From the NCBI GenBank assembly GCA_028534125.1, contig CM052817.1:70868001-70932000 (forward strand): a stretch of DNA of 64,000 nt. Direction: 5' to 3'. Both the position numbers and the translations under genes were made by a program. Numbering within the stretch: the stretch's first letter is position 1; every line of letters starts with the position of its first letter. The stretch is from Lama glama (taxonomy: Eukaryota). The notes below the pieces were generated by a model. It was not told where the DNA came from. It made no database searches and saw only the letters and a program-made list of their open reading frames with translations. This document shows, one piece after another, positions 1 through 14,894 of this stretch.

Positions 1-384
1 GTAGACGTTCCAAGATTTAGCTATTATTTCGTTCAACTTCCTCATTTTACACTTAAGACTTTAGTGACCACCAGTTCAGCTTAAGCCAGTCTCAAGCTGC
101 ACCACATTCTTGTTTGTGGAGTGTGATATTATATATCAAAGAGGGCAAAATTTCACAGAGAAATCCAGGAAAGACAACTGCAGGAAGACAGTGGCTCTTT
201 TTACATGACATGAGGTGTGTGGTCAGGGAGGTGATAAAAGAAGTCTATTTGAATGGGCACTGTAGCTCTGCTTACTTTATTCTTATACTATGAATTCTAT
301 CCTGATGATCCAAGCTAAATGAGATTTTCTAGACAGGTTGATTAGCATGTATTGAAGTAGTTGTTTCTCTATGGTTGAAACGCA

Positions 385-620
385 ACATGACAGAATGAAA
401 AGGCATGGCCTTGCAATTCAGACAGACCTGGTTTAAACCTTAGCTCTCCCAGGTACGAATTGTGTGATTAGGCAAGTGAGAAACTTGATGAGATAATTTC
501 CTTAAGTGCAAAATAAGGAAATTAGATCCTTAACCAAAATGTTATGCTGTGAAAAGTACACAGGTTAAAGTATAAAAAGCATCTAACATAGAACTTAGTT
601 ATATATAATTACTAAACACA
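385..620 (+). mobile_element. MIR SINE
   Basis: MIR core cagacagacctggtttaaacc...tgtgtgattaggcaagt. Confidence 0.65.
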
Positions 621-3600
621 TGATCGTTCTTTGGCATAGAATAATTAATGTCAAAGAATTCTGAAGTCATCAACTCAATTTCTTGGGTTAGCCCAGATGT
701 TACTAAAAATCCAAGTATGATTGCTGTTGATTTCAAAAGTCACCCAGTTCTAAACACAATCAATCTGTAGAGTAAGTGTATATAAAGAAAGAAATGTACC
801 TTCAAGCCATAAGTACAAACATCAATACTTTATCACTAAGCCAAACATGAGCAAGAGAACATATCATAATCCACGCTGACAATTTTCCCCTATGTGTTTC
901 TGAAACAGTATACTCAGAGCCCATTATACCAACTGATTTTCTAAAATGCACACAGGAAAAGAAGTGAGATGATTACTGTTTTAGTCAATAAAAATTACAA
1001 GATGACTTCAGATATTGGATCCAAGAATGTTGGTGCTAAGCAACACTCCTGTAATTTGGCTGAAATTTGGATTCACTTTTTACACATATAGAACGAGTAA
1101 AACTTTGTCTTCAGCAGAAGGACTTTCAGACTGAATTATCCTATTAGTTGTGTCCTCATTTCAATGTGCTCGTGTAGCTATAAAGGACATCAAGAACCTT
1201 AGTCCATAATTCCCTAATGTAAGACTGCATTCTCCTTTAGCACAAAAAAAGTCTATTCAATTGTACTGCAGTTACATCCATAGTATTTTTTTTTCCTGAG
1301 TGATATACATAGGTAACCTCTGTGACAAATCATGTAATTTGGTCTAGACCAGCAAACAATACATTATAAATCAGTGTCTCATTTTGCTGTAATTGCCATC
1401 TTAAAATAGCTGCAACGGGATCAATGTCTCAGATTCTGTTTTATCATACACACAGTCTTAAAAGCATCAATGACAAAATGCTAACTGACTAAGGCAGAAG
1501 AGCAGCTGGTTCCATGGCTCCATGAAAAGAATGTTCTGAAAACAGTTCAAGAATGTTTGATGCACTTCACAAGGATTCTGTTCTAAAATTTCAAAGCCAC
1601 ATTAAAAAGTGATAATTGCTATCTGCAGTGGAAAAGAGGAAGTCCAAAATGTTGGAATGAGACCAAATGTTAGCAACAACTATCTTTGGGTACTTAATGA
1701 ATTTTGCCTTCTTCCTTCCTATCAAATATGGCTTTAACCTACATATTATGAATTGAAGGACTCGGGGCTGTTTTTGTTTCTTTAAGGGAGACACAGCTTT
1801 TCCATGTTAATCAGCTGTAGAGCATTCCAATTCACTTAGCAAGAGAAAGGAATGTGCTGCCTAATGAAAATATAATCACTCTCATAATTAAGTACTTAAT
1901 AAATGTATTACCTATAGTTTTATTTTGAGGCTGCTAAATCTATGTTCTCTTTCTCTTGTTCTTTCTTTGTCCCTACATGTTAATTACACTGGGTTTCTTT
2001 CTATAGTACCCAGACTGCCGTCTTTATTCTGGTTCAACTAGTCCAAAACTATCTCACCTTATGAACATCAGGAAACAGAGACTAAAAGACAGTCTGTGGA
2101 TATTTTTCTTTTCTTGACTATTGAAAGAAATAATACTTAAGTCCATTTACTGAAGGAAACTCTCACTGAATGAGCACTGAACAAACACTGGAAGAAATTA
2201 CTCAAACACTTACTCATAAGCTATGTGTGTGATCTTTAGTAATGTGATTCATATTTTTGAGATTCAATTTATTCATCAGATAGGAGACAGGTAATGATTA
2301 TAATAACATTGGTCCACTTCACAAAGATATTGTGAAGAATGACTAATAAATGAGCCATCTAACATTACTATATAGAACATGAAGCTCCATTACTCATGCT
2401 GCGATGTTCTGCAGTGGGTAATTATAAGCTTCTAGGGGCCAAAGAACATAATGTACCATACTTAATACCGCTTGATAGGTACAACTCTATCACCCTTCTC
2501 CAGCTACTGAATAATTTCATGCTCTTCAGATCACAGCTACTGCTTCCAAACATAACAATGGTCCCCAACTTGAGTAACAGAAATGCAACAGAACACTTCT
2601 CAGCTTCAGATATTTTCTGATTTCCTACCTACTTACTCCTTAAAGACTTTTTTTCAATATTCCATTCATTGCCCCACACTGTCCCCTGAAGCAACCTCAT
2701 ACAAATCTTACTATAGTACAGAAAATTAAAAAGTGAATAGAAGTCTATATAGACAAATTTTTTAAATTAATCTTAGTATGGCTAAAGTAAACATTCTTCC
2801 GACATCAAAATGCATCTTTGCATAAATAAAGACGAAGTCAAAAGCAGAAGACAAAGCTTGGGCAAGAATTCTCAATTATTGTCTCCAGTCCTCCCTTTCC
2901 CAGCTGTTTTTATCTTTCAAGACTATGCCTTCCCCTTATTTAAAGTTATTCTCCAGAAGTAACTCTGCTAGCAATGTGGTTAACTCTCCAACATTCATTC
3001 CACTACAAATGTTTAAATCAAGCCAACTATGAGAATTTTCTCCCCTTTGCCAGCAATTAACATGTTTCAGGCAAGAGTTAGTCTATGTCAATCTGGTTTG
3101 CTCAGAGAAGGTAGTTCTGTCCCCCCCATCCTCCGATTCTACCCTCCCACCCCAAGGAATGTGTTGTCCCAGTTGCTGCTGGCAGCCATCTTAGATTACG
3201 AGAGAAACTTGTCTCAAAATAGAGACTTATTGGTTCAAGGCATTTAAGAAAATCTCTGCACAGTCATTAGCTGACAGTTAAGCTAACTGAGCAGAGACTT
3301 CAAAGAGTACAGACCTTACAGAATTCATTCAGTAAAATCATAAAACAATCAAGGTATAGGTGAAACTCAATCTATGCCACAGACTGTGCAAATAGGTCTC
3401 AATGTGACCCTCTTGTGTGGCACAGATTTTGCAGTGAGTTCAGGTGTAATCTCCTCTATGGCAAAGATATTTATTATTTATGGCAAAGTTATTTCTAAGT
3501 ATAATCTGCGACTTGGCACCGATTGGGCAGTCAGCTATAGGTATAACCTTCTCTGTGTGCTTAAATATGTAACATTGATTTCTTGTATATTCCTTACACT

Positions 3601-6600
3601 TTGTAGTTATTTCATTTGTATTCTTCATAAAATTGCTTGAAGATAAAAGAGTTATAGCCTACTGCAAAATAATAACAGCTCAACAAAATCACCAACGTAC
3701 AAAAATTTGGAATATAAAACTTAGGAGAAATTTTGCCAAACATTTCTTCACTTTCGTAATATCACTTAAATGAGAAGTTCCAATATGTATTCAAAACATC
3801 TAATTTAAAAAATTCTATGTTACACAAAATTTTTCAAGAATACATCTGATGAATAAAGCAAGATACACTTAAGAAACTAAGAGTTTGTCTACGTAATAGC
3901 TATTCTGAATTTTCTTGTTTACCAGGCATCAGAAGCAATAGAATCTAGCAGAGAATATTAGTCTTGAATTGGAGGAAACTCAGTCATTCCCCAAACACCT
4001 ATAACTTCTCCAGTTCATTCTTAAAAGCTCTCATACAACTTACGGGTATAACCGTAAATGGCCACTTCCCTCATTCAATACTTCAGGAAATGAATAAATT
4101 ATGTTCAGTCTATATGCCTGGCACAAAATATAGTTGACTGCTAAATATTATTTATATTGAAAAAGTTATCCTAATCTAAGAAGGGCATTTTAACCCTGTC
4201 TCTCCTCCAAACAACTATTTCCTAGAAGTACCTTGTTATCTATTGTCTTACAACACTTTAAAATAAACTTGTTTGTTTTGAGAACATTCTTTGATTTAAT
4301 ACTTCTCTCTGATGATTTATATTTTCCAAATATCAATGTATAGCACACGTTAAAATCTACTAATATTAATCCTTTTGATTATATTTGTTTCTCAACAGGA
4401 ACTGATATGGAAGATAACCAGACTGCAGTGGGCTCTTTTTGTGCCTCAAAAATAGTTTTCTTGAGTATAGAGGGAAAATTTTCTAGGAACACTGCTATAT
4501 GGTTTTAAATTCTGTAGAATGATTACTGAAAATGAAAGAATGGCTTCAAAGTGTTAGAAACATGTAATATTAAAGCTGATAAAGAAGTTTGTTTAATGAC
4601 AGCTATACTTCCAGTTGGTCAGTTGAACATGCTAAATAACTGAGTGTCATCTGAATCAATTATGTACAAGAGATGTAATTTACAATAGACTTTATTTTAT
4701 TAAAATGCTATATATATATATCAGCATCCCAGTAGCAGCTCTTTGCTCTTCTTCATGGATCACCAGAAAGGAAATATAAAAACATTTCTTATGTGATCTA
4801 CATATTACAAAAAAATAAGTGCTGAGGCATGGCTGTTCAAATAAATGGCACAACCAAGGAAATAGAAAGCAAGGGCAATTCATCTGTCAACAGAGATGAA
4901 TAAAACATCTTATGCCCGAAGCATTTTGAAAAATTCTCTTTCAGAACCCAACATATTGTGGGGGAAATTAGGTTTCACCCAGACGGAATTTTTCAAATGC
5001 AAGGTTTACAATGGTATAAGCCTTCAACCAAGGCAGTAAAAAGAGAAATAAAAATTATATAAGTAAACAAGGGAGTCATCCTAAGGATTATTTAAAGCCA
5101 AGACTGGCAAATTCCCATTCATATTAATGCTCCGAATGTACACTGATAAAGGGATGGTTTTATGGCAATCTTTGAACCAACTATTCTGGAATCCATCCCA
5201 TCATTGCTAAAAGAAAATATGGCATCCTTAAACTTTCAGGAACATGCTTCTCATTATATCTATCTAAAATCTGCCATCTTTCAAAGGCCATTATGAGGAC
5301 CACCATCTCCATCAGACCTACCTTCAACCCTGCCTTCCACCTTGGCCCAAGTGATTTTCTCCAATCCTTCAATTCCACATATAAGTCCATATACATCTTT
5401 CTTGCAGTACACCAGTATTTCGCTTTGTATAGTCAAAAGCACAGTGGTATCACAGTTATGAACAGACTCTACAGGCAGGCAGACTTGAGTTCAAACCCTG
5501 AGACTGTCACTTGAGCTAATGGTTTAATCTCTCTATGTTTCAATTTATTGAGCTATAAAATACAGAAGATAATTAAGTTAGATAAGAGTTAAGTTAGATA
5601 ATACATCTGTCTGCCCAATAATGTGGCAGTCCAGTAAGTTCAACTACTGCTACTAAATTGTGATCACTTGCACATCTTCTTATCTCATATTAATTATAAA
5701 TCTTTTCTGAAATGATACAGAGTATCAATAATTTCCTGAGAGTCCTTAATGGCTTTTCCTAAAATTGATGTTATTATTTCTTAATTTGAATGGAGATCCA
5801 TTCTTCCAGAACACTACACAATGCCTCCCACATTTATTTGCTGAATAACTGTTCACTATCTTAGATTCATCTCACTAGCCTTTCAGCAGAATACAGAGAC
5901 AAAAGAAAGGAAGACCTTTCTGCAACTCAGTGTTTTTGTTTACTTGTTTGTTTGTTTATAATCTATAAATTTAAAGGACTGAGCTGTACAATCTCTAAGA
6001 TGTCTTACAACTCTCACATTCTAGAAATCTGTAATATCCATTAAAGCCAAATCATTCTTGCTCTGTGTTGAAGCTACTCCTTTTAAGCTTTGCCAGCTTT
6101 CTTTGCTTTCTCATTTAAATGACCTATTTCTTTCCAAAATGTCATCTATGTGGTCTATATTTTCTGGAGTGCCATGTTTCTTCATTTTCATCTTCTTTGT
6201 CTAATCCCTAAAATAACAGATACCTTGTTTTAATCATGAAGATCTACTGATGAAAATTATATTAAATCATATATACACCAGGGAAGCTGGTCTTATTTTC
6301 TCGATGGTTTCTATACACCACCTTTTAATCACCTGTTATCTACTTAATGGGAGACCTTTAGAGGAAACAGGTCACATGCTAACTCAAATCTATGAAGTAT
6401 TTGTCTAGCAGAAAATATTTGGCGTGTGGAATAAACACCACCAGTTTTCACCTTGGCACCTGTTTAGTCCTCAAGTCCTTTTGAGCTTACAGATGGTCCT
6501 AATTAAAAACAAGTAGTTTCTAATTTACGACACAGGAAACATTTAGAATTTGTTGCTGAAGTAGAGTTAGTGGAACCTTGTAACCCCAACCTTACCCCCA

Positions 6601-7984
6601 GACAACTACCTCCATGACTTTAATTCATTTGTACAGATTCCTGATATGTTCATAAGTCTTTTTTATTGCAAGTATAATACACTTCTATTGCACTTTAAAA
6701 AAAAAAGTTGACATAAAGACACCATATCAAGTCTTGACTTTTTTCCACCTCGTGTCCTTTAGTTGTGTCAAGCTTGGAATGGGAGCTGAATACAAAGACT
6801 GAGAGCCCTGGGTCTGGAATATTAATGGATGATGGGCTTCATCTTTCATAGAGACCACATTCTCTGTCTGTGATTATCAGTGTCCTGAGCTTTCATAAAG
6901 TGGAATACTGCTTGCTTTGCACATGCTTGTATGCTTGTCATCCTGCTTCTCCTACAAAAACTCCAATAGCTGCTGTGTGTCACAGCCACATTTCCTCAGC
7001 TTTATATCATTTGTGTAATAAGTCATTTTCCACCAACAATTTTTCTAGTAGTCAATTCTGCTTGAAAGTCTTTAGCCTCATTTTTAAAAGGCAAACCTTG
7101 ACCTTGGAATAATGAATGTTCTTAATCCATATGCACTCCCCTTCACTCCCTGCAATAAACACACACACCAACACACAATTTGTCAAAGTTTTCCAAGAGG
7201 TGAGGGGTGGGGTTGAAGGTCAAATTAAGAATGGTAGTTTTATGGTCTGGGAGACTAGCCAATATTAGTGTGCATAAGATGGAGCTTGAACTGGACAAGG
7301 CTTATAGCATAAAGCCAGTAGACCAGAAGTCACATACTATATTTGAATTGTTCCTTTGTTACTTAAAATCCACATTCTATGGAAAAGTTACCTGGATATT
7401 GACATTATTTGAATTTAGACACACACTTTCATAAAAACAAATGGACGTGATCAGCGTTTTTATTTCATGAAAACTTTCTTAACTCTTTTACTTCCACAAT
7501 TAACACAAAATAATTATTCATTGTTAACCTAGCAAATATATTTGTATTTCTTTCATTAACCTAAAAGAAGTCTTCTCTAAGTACTTTTTGATACCTTTAA
7601 ATTTTTCGATTTTTCAATATTAACTATCCTACTTAAAATATTCCTTCAACTAATAGTCATAAATGAAATAAAAATTTTCAATGTAGGAGGGGGAAGAAAA
7701 TAGGAGTTAGAAGGAATGTCACCTTAAAATTAAGCCTTCATCTCTTTTTGACCCCATGAGTCTTCACGCCATCAACACACGTGGAAAAAATTGTTCCGTG
7801 AACTTGAAAGGAAAAGGTCTAGGAACCAACTCTGCCTCTGGGATGAAAGAGACCTCTGAGTGCAGCTGTAACTTTGCCAAAAGCTTTGTAGGACCAGATA
7901 GATAGTTATTCTTTATTCTAAAAAGAACAGTTTTTTAAAACCTGTACCCAATTTGTAGGGTTCAAATTTAACTCTACTAAAGTG

Positions 7985-8380
7985 GAGAGGAGCCACAAAG
8001 ATGATTAAAGGGTTGGAAAGTAATATCTATGAGGAAAGATTAAAGGAACTGAGATTATTGTGCCTGGTGAAGGGAAGACTGATGGATGATTTAATAACAT
8101 TCTTAAAGTATTTGATCAGTTATTCCAGTGACCAGCTGTTCTCTGTCTACAATGTGGACAGAACCAAAGGAGACAGCCTTAAATTCCAATATGAAGAAGG
8201 ACTCAGGTTAGATCGAAGAAAGATGTCTCAGAGAGTGGCGTTGTTTAATGTTGGAATGGACTATCATCTCTAAAAGTCTTCAAGTCTGACACAAATGACC
8301 ATCTCTTGAGTTGGAAGTTGTGGTGCTAATGGAAGGCAGAAGGATAAATCCTCTCATGTCCCTTTTACACCTATAAAACT
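7985..8380 (+). mobile_element. Ancient CR1/L3 LINE 3' fragment
   Basis: ORF 8001-8273 MIKGLESNIYEERLKELRLLCLVKGRLMDDLITFLKYL resembles the CR1 ORF2 C-terminal motif ([29 protein letters not shown]). Confidence 0.85.
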
Positions 8381-11253
8381 GATGACTTTGAGTCACAGTC
8401 TCTCATATCTATTTTAACTCACAACGAACTGTATGAAAAACTACTGGAGGCAGTGAAGTTAGAAGTCAAAGTCAAAAGAGATGTGCGAGATAAAGCCTCT
8501 TTCCTACATAAAGGTTCTCAGAACTTACACAAAGCAGCCCCAGACTACAGTAAACCCCTTGTCTTGACTTTATAATCATATTAAAATACTATCCTCTTTA
8601 CCTATCCTGAAATAGACAGGAGGATATAAGAAGAAAAGAAACAAAAGCAGACTTGTTTCCTCATCATGAAAAATAGCCCAAACGTAGACACTGAACTCCC
8701 TGTCATGGTAAACTAGGTGTGCACAATGGAAAAGCATAGTGTCTATATGGTGGATTATCTTTTCCTTTTTTTCCAGTATCTCAGTATCCACTGAAATATT
8801 AGGAAAAGCAGGATAATACTATCTTTACAGTTTATAGAATTTATCAGAGAAATTGCTGTGTCACCTTGTAGACCTTACTCTGATTGTGTTTCATTTAAGT
8901 TTATTCACAAGATCCACTGTTCCCTGTCTGTTGCTGTAATTTGCAATAATTTTAGGGGACTTTACAAAGTGAATAAAAAGGAATTGAAGCATCTGCAATT
9001 CAAGGCACTTAAGCCTTAACTCACAGACAGCAGCCCTGAGAATAATTACCAGGGCCTAGTCATTTTCTGCTACACTGCACATGAATGGCATGCTATCACT
9101 TTAAAAAAAAAAGTGAGATGCTATATTTTTAGAATTGTTATCATTCCTCACTTAAGTGATTCAATAACTGCAGGATTTCGCTATATGGTCCCCAAAAGAG
9201 CTTACATAACTAAACAAATACAATTTTAGGCATGCAAAATTAAGTGTCTTGGACAGTGTGTTGCTTTGCAGACTATTTGATAAGGGGAATGAAACAAATC
9301 TTTTAAAATTGTCTTCTCAGGAATTCTTAAGCCTATGATAATATAATATACAAATAAATGTGTGGGCTTTGAGAAAAATTTTTGTCTTGATTTGTCCATT
9401 TATATCTTTACACTTTATAATCTTTTTTCAAATAGCTATAAACTCAAAATCACTTAATAACCTAGACAGCTTATGTTATCTGATTTTAAAAACGAAACTT
9501 CAGACTTTCTCAGTATGGCACTAAAATTGATACAGATAAGGCAAAGATTTTAATTTCAGCTACTGTCATATTTTAGGAAGAAGCTGTGATCATATTATAT
9601 AATTTACTTATGAGAGTGAAGGGGGTTCTATTAGTAATTAAACCAGAATAGCAGGCAAAAACCAGAACTGTCCTAGGTAAACCAGGAAATAGGGACATCC
9701 TTCTTATAGACCAACGTGATCCTGTATGTTACAACCAAAGGTAGAAGCCTGCAAGGTCTCCAGGGACTTGGCCCTCTGGGTTGGGACTGATATGTACGAG
9801 ATAATTAACTGGCATGAAGGAGCAGAAAGTTTATTTCAAAGGTCAAAGCGTCTACTGAAAGCCCACTCCAGAGAAGCCAGCAATGATAGAGGCCCAACCT
9901 GCAATAACAGAGATGTTCTACCATATGTGTGGAGCGTAGTGACGGTCAAAGAAAAGGCAGAAAACACTCAGACAAGCAGGGAACACAACCAGCAAGCAGC
10001 AGGTTTGACTAGAAATCAAGGGCTGGGTCCATTCACCCAATCACTATGCAGACATTAAGTGAACACCAGTAGGATTAACCCTGGCTGCAGGGACCAAGAA
10101 GCTTGAGCACAGTGGAGGTCACCAGGACAGGGTACTGGGCAAAAACACAGCGGATGATAATTACCAAAACTACAGCACAAAGCAAGAATTAAATCTAAAA
10201 GAAAAACATAAAGAAGCCTTATGTTGAGAACTATGCCCAAGGTGGGAGGGGAGGTATGCAGAGTCGGATTGAGCTATTGTTTTTTGTTTTAATAGGTGAT
10301 CACCTAGTTGTGTTTTATTAAGTAACAAAAAATTGTTTGCTGAAAAAGCATTAAGTAATACACAAAATGAAAATATTAACAGCAATAAGAGCATCCAAAG
10401 TAGCAGGAAATCATTTTTAAGCAGGAAGATAGACATTATCACAGGCAGGTATTTCAAATTCCCTAAGTCTGCTCGAAGCCATTTTTTAAAACAGTGGTGA
10501 TTAATAAAAATCAGTGTTCAGATTTTCCTTAACATAGTGCATGCAATTACTCACATTTTATTATTAAATTAAGCAGAGATAGTAAATGCAACTGATAAAC
10601 CTGTATAGTGAGCATAATGGGAGAGCTAGAAAACTGCTAGTTCCAGCAGCAAGCAAATCGTTAAAGTAAAATCATTTTCATTTACATCAATGAAATTCTG
10701 ACCACTGGATATTCAAACAACGAAAGGGAAGTAAACAGTACCCTAACTGGTGATGACTGAGTACTCCATTACATCTCAAGGCACTCTTGTTTCTCAGAAA
10801 TGATTTGAGATCATACTGGGTAAGCCTTCTTACTGTATTTATTATAATTAGTACATCTACATATCTGTATCTTTATGCTAAATCAAAATATGTCTGAACA
10901 AACACTCAACAATCTTAAAATTATATAAATATTTTAGAATTAAATTGTATTCTTGCATTCCGATTTAATCCTAGCGTTGACTCTATTATGCTCACTTTTC
11001 TCTATATATGAGTCTACCCTCTTTCTCCTATTTGTTCTCTCCTCTCTCTCTGTTAAACTTCTCCGTTAATATATTTATTCATTTTATAAACTTAAGTCAT
11101 CTAGGAAGAGGCTTTTGTTTTGGGGTTTGTGAGGGTACAAAGATGAAATCACATATGAGGCTTACCTTTTAAAATCTGACATGAAAAAATGCACAGAAAT
11201 AAAAACTGGAGTGCAAGACATATTATAATAACTGCCATTAAAAAGAAACAGAA

Positions 11254-11515
11254 ACAAACAAAGTAAATAAATGAACAAACCAAACCAGCCAACCAAACAC
11301 CTAGATACACAGAACAGAGAGACAGTGATTCTCTGAGGGAGGGAGTGAAAGGGCAAAAACTGGTAAAGGTGATCAATGTATGGTGACGGATGGAAACACT
11401 GTGGTGTAACAGTTCACACACTGTGGTGTATACAGACATTAAAATACAATGTTGTACACATGAAACTTATATTATAAACCAATGTTACCTCAATTATTTT
11501 AAATTACTTTAAAAA
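11254..11515 (+). mobile_element. 5'-truncated L1 3' UTR fragment
   Basis: L1 3'-end motifs (gttgtacacatgaaacttat...accaatgttacctcaat), A tail, and TSD aaaaagaaacagaa at 11240-11253 / 11516-11529. Confidence 0.85.
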
Positions 11516-11529
11516 AAAAAGAAACAGAA

Positions 11530-12540
11530 TAGGTGCTGTAAGGGTTCCAGATAATGAAGAAATCATTTCTAATTAGGAGACCTGCCTTTGAAATGGGATC
11601 TAAAAGATGGAAATAAAGGAGAAGAATGTAATCAAAGCCCTAAATAAGAAGGTTTGATGTTTGTGTGTTTGAGAAATTTTAAATGTCCAGATCAGCTGGA
11701 GCATACGGAACAGAGGAAAGGAAGTAATTAGAGATAAACCTGGAAAGGTGGAAAGGAGTCAGGTCGTGGGAGGCTCTCAATGTCAGGTAAGGAAAGATGC
11801 GGCAAAGGAAGTCAGTTAATGTCTTTTTAATTTTATTTATTGGGGGAGGGGTAATTAAGTTGGTTTATTTATTTATCTATTTATTTTTAACAGAGGGATT
11901 GAACCCAGGACCTTGTGCATGCTAAGCACACACTCTACCACAGCTATATCTTCTCCACCTCAGTTAATGTTTTTATGTGACAAAGCAGACAGCGATCACA
12001 ACCAGCTAAAAGACTGTTGCAGGAGCCTGAATCAGGGTAGATGTAATACTGTTTAGGTACAACTGCAGGGACTTTAAAATCAACAAACAGGAGAATCACA
12101 AGAAAGGAAGACTTGGATGTTCTCAATAATAAGCAAACCAGTAGGTAGATAACAGGACAGATATAGCAGATGAAGCTAATCTTAGACATGCTAAGTGTGA
12201 AGTAAAACTAAGGCATTCTGTGTGGATAGCCACCAGGTAGGTAAAACATGGGGCTTCAGCTCAAAAGATCAGAACTGAAAGAAAAGATATGGGATTCACC
12301 TGGACAGATGCCACCAAGAGAAAAAATATAAAGATATAAGAGACAAGACCCAAGTAAAAAATATCATGAGATACGTTTAGCCAGCAAAAGAAATGAGGAT
12401 CTAGAATAGAAAAATCAGAGAAAGGAAAGAATCAAAAGAGTTGTCTGTCATGGAAGCGAAGGAAAAGGAAGTTCACAGAAGGAGATGTAATCAAATGCTA
12501 AAAGAGTTGAAAAAAATGAGAAGTGAGAACAGGCCATCTT
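11530..12540 (-). mobile_element. L2 LINE fragment (interrupted by a SINE)
   Basis: Purine-rich, degenerate L2-type antisense motifs. Confidence 0.6.
11823..11959 (-). mobile_element. tRNA-derived SINE (vic-1-like), inserted in an old L2
   Basis: Same family as 39512-39633. TSD tcagttaatgt at 11812-11822 / 11960-11970. Confidence 0.9.
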
Positions 12541-13519
12541 GTTCCACAGTCAAGATAATATGTAAGAACGTTTTACCTTCTACACAGCCCTATATAAATT
12601 TATTGTTATGATTATAATTACTTATTCTCTAGTTCTTAGCCAGTGTAATTTGAAACCTTTTATTCTACATCTATCTTGTTCAGAGTTGTGATTAGTCAAA
12701 AGGTGATTAATATTTCCTTTTTTCAGACTCTCATAATTTCTATCAATAAACATATATTCAACTATGGCAAAGGTTTATTTTGCTAACATGTGTGTCCGGA
12801 ATATATCTTGATCCTACATGGAGGATCAAATCTTCATCTGTTATCCAGGCAGTTGTGTTGAACAAGTCCTCTGCCCCACCTACTCATTCGATTAGCAGCA
12901 GTGAAGACACATGAATCTAGAATTGCACTGTACTAGGTTCTGCACTCTGCTTGCCTCTATAAACACAGCATTTCAGAGCTTTTCCAAGCAAAAATCATCA
13001 GCATCTCCCTATCTTTATTACTGTCTTGAAATTAAGCATACATCAATTTCTACCCATGAGATGCAATAAAGCCAAATCAGAGCACTAGTCACCTCCCAGC
13101 AGCTGGGCTACTCCTCTCATTCCCTGCAGACGATCATCTGTTTGTCAGACATCAATCCAGATCTCTGGTGAACAGCTGATTAGTGAGGGGTGGGTAAAAT
13201 AGCCACCAAGCAGCTGCACCATTTTTCAGGGACAAAGCTTGATGGTTAACGAAGATGAATGTAGGGAAACTAAGCAGTTAAAGCCCTTGAAAAGTGCAGA
13301 GGCACTGTTCAAGTCAGCATCTGGGCAAAAATTTTCCAATTACTTTTCTGACAGTATTCATATAAGGAAAACAGTTAGCTAGTGGCATACAGTCAACCCT
13401 GTGGTTCACGCACTTATTCAGTATCAGTTATTGAACACCTAGGGGTGCCAGACATTGTAGTAAGAACTAGATATTTTGACCATCTTAACTAACTGATATA
13501 CATGGTAGAAACTGTTTAG

Positions 13520-13830
13520 AAATATCTTCCTTTTGTTCAAATCTAGGCTCACCTTTAAGATCCCAGCTCAAATGCCAGCTCCTATAGGAAGGTTTCCTTG
13601 AGTCTCCTAGGCAAAAGTAGTAACTCTTTTCTCTAAATTCTCACAGCACTCTATTTGGACCTCTTTTATGGAACATGATAATTCCCATTGTAATTATTTC
13701 TCTGTGTCACCTCTTGATAGACTATAAGTAACTTGAAGCCAAGAGTCATGTCACCCTAACATCCTCATCATCTTCTTATCCCTCAGGGCATAATGCAGTT
13801 CCTTGCACAATAAATGTATCAGTGAGCTAC
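13520..13830 (+). mobile_element. L2 3'-end fragment
   Basis: ctcaaatgccagctcct...tagactataagtaacttgaag...cacaataaatgt. Confidence 0.65.
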
Positions 13831-14748
13831 CTGCTGACCACCTTGGCCCAACACAAATTATTAGATAGTTGGGGAGAAAACTTGTCTTATTCTCTACAGG
13901 CAAAAATAATCTTAAAATCTAGAGGGAGAGACAAAAATTTAAAAGATTATATATTTATGTGCATATATGTGCAATGCAGTAGTCATAATTTTAATGCCAA
14001 TGATACTAAATCTACCGCACTTTGATTAAGATGAGATTTAACTTCACTTTTGCATCTGTTAAAGGAAATGTTCATCAAAAAGAAAAAAATTATCAAAGTA
14101 AATATGCATGATCTACTTAAACTTTCTAGGTGAACTGTTTTTAAGTACTTTAGAACATTAATTACTTGAGTCTTATATGTTCATTAATCAGGCCCAATAA
14201 GATTTCTACTTCCCTCTATCCATAAAACATTTGTTAGCAAGAAAATTGGGTTACTGTGTGCACTTGAAATAAAGTTTTAAATTTATGCTTACTTATAAAT
14301 AATCTATAATTCATGTAGGTTGCTAAATCGTGCACACTTCCTTCAAATGCCCTAAATAGTGAGAAAAAGCTTAAAGTTTTGGAAATACACTAAAGCATTT
14401 ATGGGCTACACCAAGTAAGTAAATGAGAGATGGAAATTAAAACCCATTTCCTTTCTCAAGAAGCTGGGTATGGTATAGTGGAAAGGATAATAGGTTAGAA
14501 GTTTAGAGACCTGGATTCAACAAGGTGCTATGTATATATATTCATATGTTTATATTATATATGTGAAGGTATGTATGTGTGTATATATTATATTACATTA
14601 TGTTGAATCTGTCCCCCTTATTTTCACCAACCCTAGATCATAAGCTCCTTGAACACAGAAATTATGTTATATTCATCTTTCTATCCCCTACAATGTCTAT
14701 ACAAGTGCCTTATGTATAGTAGATAGTAAATAAAATTTTGTTATATTG

Positions 14749-14894
14749 AGCTGAATTGAAAGAATTACTTTAGTAAGCTTGCCTGTTACAATATTTTTAT
14801 CAATACTTGAAAATGAGTCATAGCTGAATTGAAAGAATTACTTTAGTAAGCTTGCCTGTTACAATATTTTTATCAATACTTGAAAATGAGTCAT
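14749..14894. repeat. Perfect 73-bp tandem duplication
   Basis: 14749-14821 is identical to 14822-14894. Confidence 0.97.
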
